DNA from: Camelus dromedarius
Lineage: Eukaryota
Length of the DNA stretch: 64,000 bases
Assembly (NCBI RefSeq): GCF_036321535.1
Contig: NC_087438.1
Location: 7,690,001-7,754,000 of the forward strand
Reading direction: 5' to 3'
In this document: one piece after another, positions 27,981 to 40,844 of the stretch
How positions within the stretch are numbered: the stretch's first letter is position 1
Layout of the letters: the number at the start of each line of letters is the position of its first letter
Made by a program: the position numbers and the translations under genes
Notes under the pieces: generated by a model
What the model saw: the letters and a program-made list of their open reading frames with translations, nothing else
What the model was told of the DNA's origin: nothing
The model's database searches: none

Positions 27981-28754
27981 CTAGGGCAATATGAGTCTTC
28001 TATCTTCTCCAGTGGTTGTTGTCAGCAGCACCCTGGATCAGATCTTCCTTGTGAATGCACGTTCGTATGGATTAGCAGGCACTTGATAAAGCTTTTGTCT
28101 TCAGTTTATTGAGGAACTGAGCAACCATATATTGTACAGTTTAAAAATCTGTGAAGCTAATGTGGTCACGGTGGAAACTTAGGTCAAGAATTCCATTGTC
28201 TTGACTGAGACTCAAACCCTTGACTTAGAACTCCACTTTTGCCCTTTCCGAACGTGCTCAGGGAGTTGGGAATGGAGAGTTTCCGTCATTGTTTGCGCGT
28301 TTGTTTTCTACTTCATCCTCAGTGGCTGATGAGACATTAGGTGCAGCCCAGTTCCTTATTATCAAACTGATGAAGAGACTGGAGGTCAAGTTCCTGCCTT
28401 GCCAGTCATGACCTGAGTGTTTGTCTTAATTCTTTGGTTTGGAAAATAACGTGTTTGTTTCTTGGGATTGTTCTAGCTGTCGTTTGTAAGTGACTAGAGA
28501 TCTCGGTTTCTTGACTTCTTATGGCCAAGGACTGCCCAGCATGTCCCAGATTCTCCTTACTGTTTAATTCTTCAGATTATAAAGTGGTATGTTTCACTGA
28601 GATGAGGTGAGGTGCATAAGGTCCTCTCACCTGAAGAGCCCTCACTGAGGGAGGGAGACCAGCGTATGAACATCCTGACCTGGGACCACGCCACTTTCCC
28701 TTTGAAAAGACAGAATCATTGGATTCTGAGTTCTAAACTCACACACCAGTTCAC

Positions 28755-29040
28755 TTGTACAATATCCCTGGGGCAAACCAAACTCTGAAATTTTCAAATT
28801 TTAGAAGGTTATTCAGGTGTGCACAGTAAGTTACATTTACCCTGAGCTGCATCTCAGCAGCCCCTGGTGGCCCATGCAGTACGTATGAGACACAGCTGTG
28901 TAGTCACACCAGGTGTGAAAAATAAAGATGCCTGAGGGCGTCACATCAGTTCAGGTTTTGCCATCACGTGAGCCACATCTTTTGGTTTAGAGATTTGGGG
29001 GTTTTATAGGGACCCAGAGTTGATGATAGGGTGGAGGTCA
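28755..29040. mobile_element. MER46C-like Tigger-derived element
   Basis: AAATTTTAGAAGGTTATT...AATAAAGA...TCACATCAGTTCAGGTTTTGCC matches the recalled MER46C consensus. Confidence 0.6.
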
Positions 29041-29079
29041 GTTAGGTCTTTTTTTGTGTGATTGTGCATTTTATTTTAT

Positions 29080-29295
29080 TAACATAAACACTATTTTGCT
29101 TGGGTATGTAGCTAGGAGTCAAACTGCTGCATCACTGTGTATTTAGTTTTAGTAGATACTGCCAAATAGTTTTCCGAAGTGGTGAAGTCACTTTGTATTC
29201 CACCAGCAAATTATGAGTTTCATTTGCTCCACATCCTTGTCAACACTTGGTATTGTCTTCCTTTTTCATTTTAGCCATGCTGGTAGGTATATGTA
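29080..29295 (-). mobile_element. Old L1M fragment
   Basis: TGGGTATGTAGCTAGGAGT, CTGCCAAATAGTTTTCC and CTCCACATCCTTGTCAACACTTGGTATTGTC. Confidence 0.8.
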
Positions 29296-29469
29296 TTTTT
29301 ATGTTTTGAAATTTTGAAGAAAAAAAATCTAGGCCATTTCAGGAATTTAACATGAGAAACTTAAAAATACAGAGTTAGGTAGCTTCATGGAGTGTTAACT
29401 ACTAATTCTTAGCCCGATTTATTTATTTATTAATAAATAAGTCTTGATTTATTTCTGGAAAAAAGCTTC

Positions 29470-29690
29470 TTTGTTTTTTTATTTGAAGTATAGTTGATTT
29501 ACAATGTTGTGTTAGATTCGGGTGTACAGCAAAGTGATTCAGTTATATATATATATGTATGTGTGTATATATATATATATATATTCTTTTTCAGATTCTT
29601 TTCCATTATAGGTTACTACAAGATACTGAATATAATTCCCTGTGCTGTACAGTAGGCCCTTGTTGTTTATCTATTTTACATACATAGTCT
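29470..29690 (-). mobile_element. L1 3' end, antisense, with internal (TA)n
   Basis: TTGAAGTATAGTTGATTTACAATGTTGTGTTAG...CAGATTCTTTTCCATTATAGGTTAC. Confidence 0.88.
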
Positions 29691-30938
29691 TGATTAGATG
29701 GTTGCTCAGCATGACTTTGGGTCATAATGTCCTGAACACAGCCTGAAACTCAATGTTCGGGTGCTAAGGAGGGCAGCAGGGCCCAAGAGAACCTCTAGGG
29801 GAAATCCCTGTTGGGTGTCATCCCTCCTGGGCCTCCTCCTTTGCTTCATTTACAATTTTCCTTGTTATATGGAGGTTCCAGAGTGGACCTGTGGTCTTAA
29901 GATAAAGACTAGGCTGGTGAGGTGAGGTTTCCATCGACCACCTGGCCATGGCCTTTCTTTCCCCTGGGCTGTAGAAGGTGGTGGTGAGCTGAGTCATTTC
30001 TGGGTTTGGTTGGTGAGACACAGGGCAGCCTGGAGGAACCACTTGTAAACAGCAGTTTCTCAGACCAGAGTCAACTTTCTTGACTCCTTAGTGAAAATAC
30101 CGTGTCTTCAAACAGCCAAACCCTACTTGTCAGGGACACAGCTCTCAGATACAGGGGGACAGTATCAGTCAGTACAGAAGAGCCACAGTCAGAGGAACAA
30201 AGCTGACCAAATAAATGTATATAAATATACTGAATATAAACACTGCTTTTTTTTTTTCATGCTGGAGTCTTATTAACAAGAAATGGCTCATCACTCCTTC
30301 ACTTTCACCTAGTTAGCACCAAGTATGACGTGACGTCTTGTGTCACCCTAATTCTTATAAAATTGTCTGATAGCTTATTGTCTAACTCATGACTGACAAT
30401 GAGGATTACAGTAGTAATGTGTGGTATTAAAATTGAATCAGTATTAAAAATCTTAATTAATGTTATTCATAGTGATATAGTTTGTGTTCCTTAAATAGGT
30501 CCTGGTGATGGCAGCTCTCAAGTGAAAAAAAAAAAGAATCTTTTTTTCATACCTAGTGTTTGAATTTCACACCCTATTAAATGCATTGGGTGTATGTGTG
30601 TCCACCATAAAGACTGAGAGGAGAAAGAAATTTTCTCCCCTTTTTCTCTCGTTTCCTCTGAAAAACACCATTCCCTTCTCAGTAGACAATCCAAGATCTG
30701 GAGGCTCTTGTAGACCCAAGAGGCAGCCACTCAGGGGTCACACTTGGTAACCTTAGCACAATGAAAGCAAAAGCAATGTTTCTTGCCTCTTTGGGCTTCT
30801 ATCCAATACACTCATGTTGTGAATAAATCATCACCTGCTGATCAAACTTTATTGCCAAGGATGTGTTGGGGGTGGGGGACTTTAAGGCATTCCACAGTGC
30901 AGATAAAACTTCATCTGTCATCTCTCTATTGAACCATC

Positions 30939-31502
30939 TGTTAGAGCAGGCAGGTAGCTAGATACGAGCAGAGAAAGGGGGACAGGGGCCAAATGGCAGA
31001 AAACTACACATCTTGTGAACAATGAGGGGTCCTTGGACAGATCAAGAAAAGCAGAAACCTCCAGACTGATACAAAATCAGACATTCTGGGTTAACAAGCA
31101 TCCTGGAGGCAGACAAAGAAAGGTGGGACAAGACAGGAATCTCCACCATCTGAATGTAATCTTTTTTGCTCATTATGATGACCTCATCTGACTTCCTGAT
31201 CAAGACTAAATAAGGACAAAAAATCTCCCCCACCGCTTCCCCCCGGGAAGGTGGAGCTGGGATGAAAATCAGGAAAGATGACCCCAAACCCTTCCCCACC
31301 AAGGAATATTCTGCCCATTCATTTTTATAACCATATAACCAGCTTGCCAAAGAAACTCGGGGCAGTGACCCACCTGGGTCTGCCCGCTCTTCCCTTGAGA
31401 GTGTACCATCTATCCCTTAATAAACCCTTGCTTTGCTTTCTTGACTTCTGTGTCTTCTTTCTGAACTATTTCTTCAATGATACAAGAACCTGCCCTCCAA
31501 CA
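30939..31502 (+). mobile_element. Solo ERV LTR (564 bp)
   Basis: Starts TGTTAGAGCAGG and ends CCTGCCCTCCAACA (inverted termini). TATA-like CATATAA near 31332 and AATAAA at 31419 are in canonical order. The TSD is degraded. Confidence 0.75.
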
Positions 31503-31559
31503 GCATATCTGTTATCTGTCTATCTATATCTATCATCTGTCATTTTTCTCTCCCTACTT

Positions 31560-31561
<2 letters not shown>

Positions 31562-31605
<44 letters not shown>
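31562..31605 (+). repeat. (GT)n microsatellite
   Basis: About 22 uninterrupted GT units. Confidence 0.98.
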
Positions 31606-31608
<3 letters not shown>

Positions 31609-32334
31609 AAAAGGATAAAAGGATTGGCTTGAATAACTACGAACACTTTTAATTTACTTTCTTCTAGCTCTACCTCTGACTCCAGTAGCTCCTGGCTGAA
31701 TTAGTTCACTGCATAACCTGCTCTCAAAGAATCACAGGCAGCAGAGACATCCTTGATCTTCAGGGATTGCAAATGTAAGGCATGCATAGACTCAAAGTCA
31801 TAGACGAGATATAACATGACTGCTAGGAGAAGGACTTTTTGACACAACCATTAATTTCCCCCTGTACAAGCCAAGCTGGGGAATGAACCTTACTGTTGAC
31901 TTTTGGAAAAATTTAAATCAGCTATTCAGTTATAGACAAGTCGTGTTGATACCACATCGCTGCCTTGATGAACTTTACCATTTCATTCTATGACAGGAAT
32001 GAAGTGGAAACATTGTCCATCGGTGATACATATTTATGTCTCTGTACAGGGGCTGGAGTGTTCCTCCAGTCCGAGGAAACCAGAAAGGCGTATTCTGATA
32101 GAAAATAGTGCAACAAGATCCAACTTGTAAGTAACTGTAGGACAGCTCATATGAAAATTTCTGTCTATTGCTCTGTTCTGGAAATTAGCTTTTCATTTGC
32201 ACAAATGTGCATGAACAAGAAATCTTCCGATTGTTGTTAAATTTGGAGAAAGAACCATTAATTCTAGACTTTGAGCTGAATTAAACTATGCAGAGTGAAG
32301 GGGAGAAAGTTTTAAAGGAAGATGGCAGCCAGTT

Positions 32335-33948
32335 TCTTTTGTTATTGAATTTTTTATTTTTTCAAGAACAGTTAACATTTACTAGGCACCCACTGGCCTC
32401 AGTCTCTTGCATCTAAAGAGCAAAGCTAATTTACCCACAGCCCGTGTTCTTTTGAATGGTTAGCCTTACTTCTTAGTTCTGTTAACCACTATTCTAACAT
32501 TAGCTTCAAGTTCAATTTTAGTCATCTAATCCATTATTGTCTACTGCTCCCTGCCACATGAACAAAAAAGTCTGGGGGGAGTAAGGCGAGCAGTTTACAT
32601 TTTCTGTGGATAGTTCAAGTAATTGGCCCCAATGTGAAATTATTCAGTTGGCCATGGTTTCTCATGTTCTGAGGGCATAAAACATGGAAGGAAATGGGCC
32701 TGTAGAAGGAGTTGGTATCCAAGAATGTGTGAATGGGTGAAGTCCTATAACTTTACTTCAGCTGGCCTAATATCCTGAGTCACTAGATGGTCAGAAGAAT
32801 AGATTGAGTACAAAAGGAACAAACTGATGTACATTTATACTAAAAACCAAAAACAAAGTTTGTACAAGATGAACAGCAAATGAAGTCGTTTCTATCAAAA
32901 TAAGATCTCACACAGGTCATTTTTACACATACAGGGACACACACCCACACACGCACAGACACACGAGCAAGAATGTGTGTTTTGTAAGATAGGTCCTTGG
33001 AAACAGACATTCTTAGCAAATATGGATGACAGATCAATTGTAATTTATTTTCTTTTAACACTGTATCATCATAAAGAAAACTGGTATAAATGAAAAAATC
33101 TATTTCAAATATCTACATCTAAAATTTTAGGCAGTGAAAAAGCACTTTGTTGACAAGGAGTGTGGAATGATGTATGTTAATTGTCAGAAACTGCTGAATA
33201 CCTTGCTTAGTTGCCACAAACAAAGTCACATATCAGAACGAACAATACTGCTAAATATTCCTTTTTTTCCCCATTTTTTTTTCTGTTAAAACATACTGGG
33301 AGAAAGAAAAGAAAGGAAAAAAAAAAAACCCTGGAAATCCATACATCTTTCAAAAGTTTGAAATTGAAGCAATATTTAGAACCATAGATGAGGAAACGCC
33401 GCGGCATCGGTGTAATATACACAACGCGCTTTTCTTCTTTAATCTGTAATGTACATCAAATACTTTACAACAACGCATTAACAAAAGGCAAGAAACGTCT
33501 TGCTGTACAGAGGAACCCCAATGCAACTTGAAGCCTAGAATCACAACGGACGAAGGGAGTAAACAAAGCGTGAGAAGCCGTCCCTCTGAAGTGTGTGAGC
33601 TACGCTGCCTCTGTGCTTATAACCCTCGCGCCCGTCACCCCGACCGCCCCCTGTGCTGCCTTCGGCCACATTCGGTGCAAAGCACTTTTTAGACCCTACA
33701 GCCTGCCCTACAAAAGTGTCGCGTGATGTCAGATTTAGGCTCACTTTAGCTTTCTACTGCCTTTCAAGTTAGCTTTCAACTCATTTAGCGTTCTAAAATA
33801 GCTCTGAGTATTTCCTTACTGGTTATCATAGCCTTCCTATGGAACAGGCTTTAACAAACTAAATTTGCAGGGGAAAAAAAAAAAAAAAAAAGCAATGTCT
33901 GTGGTCTGCATGCACATGCACTGTTCCCGGCGCCGCGTGCCTCCCTGC
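32335..33948 (-). other. CTNND2: CTNND2 3' UTR (about 1.6 kb; 3' end inferred)
   Basis: Follows the stop codon. U-rich on the minus strand, lacks recognisable interspersed repeats, and ends just after AATAAA at 32358-32353. Confidence 0.7.
32353..32358 (-). terminator. Polyadenylation signal AATAAA (probable distal site)
   Basis: TTTATT on the plus strand about 1.6 kb downstream of the stop codon, consistent with the UTR length I recall for the human gene. Confidence 0.6.
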
Positions 33949-34263
<315 letters not shown>

Positions 34264-34424
34264 TCACACTACTGGATGCTCCCAACCCTCCCTTGAAGTC
34301 AAGGTACAGGCGGTCCCCCAGGCATTCACCGGCACCACACTTCTCCAGAGACTGCCAGCTGCTCAATGACTTCCCTTTTTAAAGGTGATTCCTGAGTCCA
34401 TGTGCTATCATTCTAGACGATCTG

Positions 34425-35045
34425 ATTTTTTTCAATTATTATGGTAACGTATACATAACATAAAATTTACCATTTTGATAATTTTAAGTGTATAATTCAG
34501 TGGGATTAAATACCTTCATTGCACATGCAACTGTCACCACTATCCACACTTTCAGAACTTTTCATCATCCAAAATAAAAACTGTCTCCATGAAGCATAAC
34601 TCCCCATCCCCCTCTTTTCTCAGATTGTGGCAACCATCACTCTGCTCTCTGTCTCTACAAATTTGACTAGTCTAGGTACCTTATATAAGTGGAATAATAC
34701 AGTATTCATCATTTTGTGTCTGGCTTCTTTCATTTCGTATAATGTCCTTAAATCAAGGTTCATCCATGTTGTAGCATGTGACCGATTTTCCTCCCTTTTT
34801 AAGGCCGAGTAATATTCCATTGTATGGAGAGACCACGTGTGTTTACGCGCTCGTCCGCTGATGACACTGGGTTGTTCCCACCTTTTGACTGTTGTGAATA
34901 ACGCTGCTATGAACCTGGCGCACCAGTATCTGTTTTAGTCCCTGCTTTCAATTTTGGGGGGTTATGTTCCAAGAAGTGGAATTGCTGGATCTGATGGGAA
35001 TTCTACATTTAACTTTTTGAGAAATTGCCAAAGCAGTTGTAACAG
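34425..35045 (-). mobile_element. L1MA/MB-type 3' fragment in the last intron
   Basis: ACATAAAATTTACCATTT, AAGGTTCATCCATGTTGTAGCATG, GAATAACGCTGCTATGAAC and AAGTGGAATTGCTGGATC. Confidence 0.9.
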
Positions 35046-36679
35046 CTGAACCATCTGACTAGATAACCTCTTTTAAATCAAAGAGGCGCTCACCAGACGC
35101 TACAGAACACGAGGGGTTTATATTCACCCTTCCTGCGTCTCCCCATCACGTCTAGGTGCTGGAAGCCAGGCAAAGAGAAAGTGAAGCCGTGCACGGTCCA
35201 AGGGCCCTTTGGGTATCTTCCCGCCAGCACAGAGGGAGGGCTGAGAGCAGTACGTCTGCAGGATGGAGGCTTCTGAGTAGTGAGGGCCATCCCATCACAC
35301 CTGCCTAAATGACCAGGTACCACAGTCTTAGAAGGATACACAGAGAATCACATAATAAGAGGGAACCCTCTCCAAATAGTCTACCCTCTGGAGGACCAAA
35401 ACGTTTCCTAACTGGGTTCAATTAAGAATAATGTGGAATTTTGAAGCCTTTGGTTAGGGGAGAGGGGTCTTCAGAATTGTCCAATGTCCCCAGCGCACTT
35501 CAGTGCTCCCTGTTCTCACTCCTGTCCTCTGCAGGTTACTGTCTGATGGAGGGGGTCTTGAGGGGCTCAAGGGGTCACAGGAGCCTTCAGGATACGTGAA
35601 GTGTAGAATTAGTTCCCTCTGCCTGGCCTGAAGGACAGGAACACAAAGAATGTTCACAGCTGATCATTAGCATTTGTATGTGGGAGCCTGGCTATCCCCC
35701 TCTCCCCACTGCCTCCGGGGTCCCTTCCTACACACCATGCCCCGACAGTGAGGACACCCGCCAAGGCATGGGGTGAGGGCCATCCCTCTAGACAGTGCGT
35801 GGTGACATCCACAGAGCTCCTCACGTGCAATGCCTCAGGGCGGGGAGGTCTGCTGGGACTGATGGAACACTCCTACATAAGCGCAGTTTGATCGCTTTCC
35901 AGCAGATCCGGTAATTCTGTGTTAATGTAACTAAGGTTCAGCGTGGAAACATCTTCTAGTGATTGGTCTGAGTTAACCGATAATGATTTGTAATTAGCAC
36001 GCTGTGTGTAAATGGACGCATCTAACAGCCTGCCCATAATTCTTCTCTCAAGGGAGTGAAACTCCCTCTTTATTATGTCATTGATTCACCCTCATCATCG
36101 ACCTGCTCTTCAAAGAGGTATGAACTTCATCACAGCTGCTGTCCAGGACGTCCCACACCTCCAGTTAGTGGTGGCTGAATGCATGAGGTTTCTGTCTACA
36201 TGTCAAAGCCCACAGAACACAAACGTGCGTTAACCATGAGCCCAGGCGTGAGGGGTCACTGAGGGCTGCACTTCAGCGTTGCTGAGCCCAGGGCTCCCCG
36301 AGTGCTGGGATAGGCTAGAGGGCCCTTTGCCATTCTTTGGAGAACAGAGTGCTCTGTTGAACCTCTCCACTCCAACCGGGTGCTGCTACCCACATGAAAA
36401 GCACACAGGGGGTGAGAGCTGGGAGGTCTGGAAAAATTACGCAGGGAGGGAACTAGAATTTACTGTTTCTATTTCAGTGGGCATTATATTTAACATTTAA
36501 CAAATTCTTTTTTTGTCTAATCTGTATATGTCTATATAGGTATGTATCTCTACATATATGTATGTGTGTTTCTGTCTATCTATAGCTATCCATCCATCCA
36601 TCATCTACCTATTTATCTATCTCCTTCTCTCCCTCCCTCCCTTTCTCTCTTTCTTTCTTCCCATCAATTATCCACCTAG

Positions 36680-36805
36680 TTCCCACTTTAGAGATGAAGA
36701 AACTGAAGGTCAGAGAAGTTAAGACACTTCTGTAGGATGCCACGGCTAGTGGTGGTGTGAGGCTGGGATGTAAATGCAAATCTGGCTGACTCCAAAGTCC
36801 ACCTT
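36680..36805 (-). mobile_element. MIR SINE fragment
   Basis: AGATGAAGAAACTGAAGGTCAGAGAAGTTAAG...TCTGGCTGACTCCAAAG. Confidence 0.7.
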
Positions 36806-37014
36806 CTTTCCGAGACACGAGCACAGACTCAGTTGAGTTGACTCCAGACTCTGTGATAAGAAGGGAGGCCAGTGGACAAAGGAGACCAAGAAGAGATCTT
36901 GAGCACTTCTCTGTGCTGCTCTCGGTGGCCAGAGGAGGCAGTGCCGGAGCTTGGACGGTCTGCTGGGGAAGGTACTTACAAGACTTGTGGTCTCCTCCAT
37001 GGTGGCTGGTGGCC

Positions 37015-37280
37015 CTCCTTTCTTTTCCTTTCCTTTCCTTTCCTTTCCTTTCCTTTCCTTTCCTTTCCTTCCTCTCCTCTCCTCTCCTCTCCTCTCCTCT
37101 CCTCTCCTCTCCTCCCCTCCCCTCTCCTTTCCTTTTCCTTCCTTCCTTCCTTCCTTCCTTCCTTCCTTCCTTCCTTCCTTCCTACCTTCCTTCCTTCCTC
37201 CCTCCCTTCCTTCCTTCCTCCCTTTCTCTCTCTCTCTCTCTCTTCCTTCCTTCTTTCTCTCTCTCTCTTTTTTTTCTTTT
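37015..37280 (+). repeat. Compound polypyrimidine microsatellite (TTTCC)n(TCTCC)n(TTCC)n(TC)n
   Basis: Directly visible. Confidence 0.97.
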
Positions 37281-38112
37281 TGCACAACCTGTTTCAAATT
37301 TCTTACTGTTCTCTCTGGTTGGTGAACGTTTTGGGGTTGGGCACAAGCTTATTTTAGTCTCTTATCTTGGGGAATTGCCTTCTTCAGTTCATCTGTATTG
37401 TTCATGAAGTCCCATATCAACCCCTTCCAAGGCTGAGTTCTGCTGTTTTGGGAGTTTGTGGAAACAAACTACCCAGGATGGGCTGATGGTGGCACAACTG
37501 TGCTTGAAGGAGAGTAGATTTGCTCACTGGCCTGGCAGTATGGACATTGGCTGGTAAGATGCATTCACAGTGGAGACATGTTGGCCAGGTTTCATAATTT
37601 GCCCTAAGAGAATATCTGACAGTGTTCAAAATTAGGCAAATGAAATGTTCCCAAATACAAGGAACTAAAATAAATGCATTTTTTCTTAACATGGCACAGA
37701 AAACCAGACCTCTGTGAAGGAAGTGGAACAATGCTCCTATACAGCAGTGGTGATTCTGAATCTGAGTGTCCGCTGTGGTCCGGAGAAGCCCTGGCCCATC
37801 CGAGGAGCCTGAGGCTGCTGCCTGCTTTGGCTTAAGGCAGCGACCTCTCTGGGAAGGATGGGTATGACCAGCCGGCTCGCAGCACCATCGCTGGGGTCCA
37901 CGCTTTTGGTGATTTGTCCTGTGGCACTCGCTCATGTAAAAGTCATCCTTGCTGAACGTTTTCCTCAGTAGTAGAATGTATAGTTTAAGTTAGGAATGAC
38001 CATGCCCCTTCTCCACCTCCCTACTCTGTAGCACGACAGAAGACTTCTTTGTGATTCCTCACCGAAGACTCAGGGCGTCACTGTACAATGAAGGAGGCCG
38101 TGTGGTCAGGCT

Positions 38113-38295
38113 CAGTGGTTCTCAAAGTGTGGTCCCCGGCAGGAGCACCCGCAGCACCTCAGAGTTAGAGGTGCAAGTTATTGGGTCTCACCCCAGACTT
38201 ACTGAATCACAAATTCTGGGCTGGGGGTCCAGTATTCTGTGTTTAACATCCTTCCTGGGGATTCTGACTCACGCTCGGATAGATCTGAGGACCCT
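38113..38295. mobile_element. MER5A DNA transposon
   Basis: CAGTGGTTCTCAAAGTGTGGTCCCC...CCCCAGACTTACTGAATCA...TCTGTGTTTAACA. Confidence 0.85.
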
Positions 38296-40844
38296 GATAC
38301 AGAGCAGGGCACGTAGAACGGGAGGGCAGAAGAACCAGGCTGGAGTCTGTCTCTCTAGCTTCTTAAGGTGACTGAGGACAAACCCTTACCCTCCTTGAAC
38401 CCCGATTTCCCCAGCGCTGGGGCTAACTTTACCCACCCTGCCCCCGACAGCAGGGCTGAGGACACCAACGAGGAACTTGAGGTGCTGTTTTTGTCGTCAT
38501 CAGTAATAATTTGAATACTGGTCAACGAAACACCAATCCCTCTGTTTCAAGATTATGAACAAAAATCCTATTGCCAGCAGGACACCGTTAAATATGCTAT
38601 TTTTCTTTATCAGTACAGGACGTACTGGTGGCCGTTCAGTAGGCTTTTTGGAGCGTTTAAGCACTTAACTCTGAAAATGATGTCTGTGACCTGCCAACCC
38701 CAAACATAAAAACCAAGTATTGCTCAACTAGAAGGGGACCAAATTGCCAACTCTTTTGAACCCTAATTTCCCACTATTGGTTGTTTCTTCTAGGAGTCCT
38801 TAAGCTTGAGAATTCATTGAAATTGAGACTTGGGTGGCAGGTAGTCATGCGGGGAGTGTCACAGCTGAGTGGCCCCTGGACTGCCTTTCTGCTGAGACAG
38901 GGAAAGCCTGGCTCACAGCTCTTGCCCTGGCCACCCTCTTGCTCGGCCGTGCCTCCAGGGCTGTTGCTTTATTTTCAGATCTCTTGTCTTTCGCCTTGGC
39001 CCAGAGATCCCTCTGAAACTGGTTTCCCTTGGGGAATCACTTCTTCTCTAGAATGAATCTCTATCCATCCTCCTCTGCAAAGCCTGAGGTCCAGCTTTGA
39101 CACCGAAACTAAATGGACCCCAGGACATCCCTCTTGGTTAAAATTTTCAAGCTGGCCTGATACTGAGAGGCTGTGAGGTGACTTTTGACCCAGGAAAGTT
39201 CTAAAAACAAAAGCCACCAGGGACAGCCGAACGTGCTCCCATGGGCAGAGGATCCAGATCACAGATACTGTTTACAAGGTCGTCTCCAGACCCACCCAAC
39301 TAGAAGGGGACCAAACTGCCAACTCTTTTGAATGGTTAGGATGGTCTTACGTCACTGAATTCCCAAGAGGGAAAGCTGCAGGTAGAGTCAAAGCTTACTC
39401 CAATCAGAGTCCAAAATAAGTCAAATGCTTTATCTCTTCTCCCCGAGTCACTGGAGTATTATAATGATTCCTGGGAGATTTTTTTAGGTTAAAAAATTTT
39501 CTCTTTCATGGACATTTAAAAAATGTTTCTTGGTATTAGGATGGAGTTGCCTGCCCAGTTGCCCCCTTCCCTTTGCTGGACCAGCGCAGGGAATGATGAC
39601 GGTGCTGAGCTCTGGCCATGGGGCTCAGCTCTGTCAGGAGCCTGCCTGTAAGGTGTCCCCTGTGCTGACAAGTGGCTCAGAGCTTGTCCTCCATCCAGAC
39701 TTGGTCTCAGCACATTCGCCTGGGACACTATGGCCTTGATGTTTCACACTGAGGTGGAGCTGAGAACATTCTGGGGCATCCTGGGAAGAAGGCAGTGCTC
39801 ACCCTCACGGCAGGGAGGCCGTCTTAGTGCATTGATGCCAATGTTCTTAAATGCTCAGAATAGGCTGGGGTAAAAAGGATGTGCCTCTTGGAACGATTAT
39901 GGACTGTCCTTGAAGTCTAGATTGCAAGCAGTCCTTTGGAATCTACTGCAGCCACACTGTGGGATGCCAGGACCCTGGGCCACACCAGGGTGCTTCTTCA
40001 CTGCCAGCAGTAGTGGGATCCCCTGGAGAGAGAGACTGATGTAGAACAGGAGGGTTCTGGTGATGAGCTTCTCTTAATCTATGGAAACTAAAGACCCATC
40101 TTACACTCTTGGATGCAAAACCAGGGTCCTGTGACATCCTGGCAATGTCTGTAAGAGCTTGAGATGATTGGCTCCCTGTACCTGACATTTGCTAAAAGAA
40201 AAAGCATTGGTTTCCATGATTAGGGTCGGCATTTCCATTTTCCTTTATGTCTGGGCAGGCACGTGGACCTCTGAATAGCTGGGGGCCACCCCCAGGGACC
40301 TCCTGTCTAGAGCTCATGCCCCTGTTTATGTATTCACTGGCTTCTCTGCTTTTAGCAAAACACTAGAACTGTGTCCTCCCCCTTCCTCCCTTAGAAATAG
40401 TCCTGTACCAGTCATTCCACCTGCTACAAGGGAGTTTCTTTCCTTTTCAAAGATGCTGCCCTGCTGGGTGGCAAGAACTGTTCAGGAACAGCACATTTCC
40501 CTTCCGTGTTTACTTTCATCTTTTCACTGTGATCAAACAAACAGCTTCCAGGTTTATCTTTTCAGTACAACTTTCCTGACGTACGGCGGAAATCTACAGC
40601 ACCTGCAGAAGCCAGTCCTGGTAACAGTGATCAGGAGTCAACGGTTATAAAGAACGTCAGTCTTTCTGGGATGACCGCCATGGGGAAGGAAAAGCATGAA
40701 GTGGTCGATCAATAAAGGCGCAGAGGCTGTGCCCTTTTGCTTTTATGGTTCCTGTAGAACCACAAGGAAAATGAGCCTTCTACGAATATTTGCTGAATAT
40801 AACATACACACAAACACAGATCGATCCTTTAAGTATCTACTGGC

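Noticed and set aside
36746..37407. Overlapping 100-190 aa ORFs
   Set aside because: Artefacts of the compound polypyrimidine repeat.
38725..39332. CRISPR array (36-bp repeat)
   Set aside because: Only two copies, 572 bp apart, in mammalian DNA with no cas genes.
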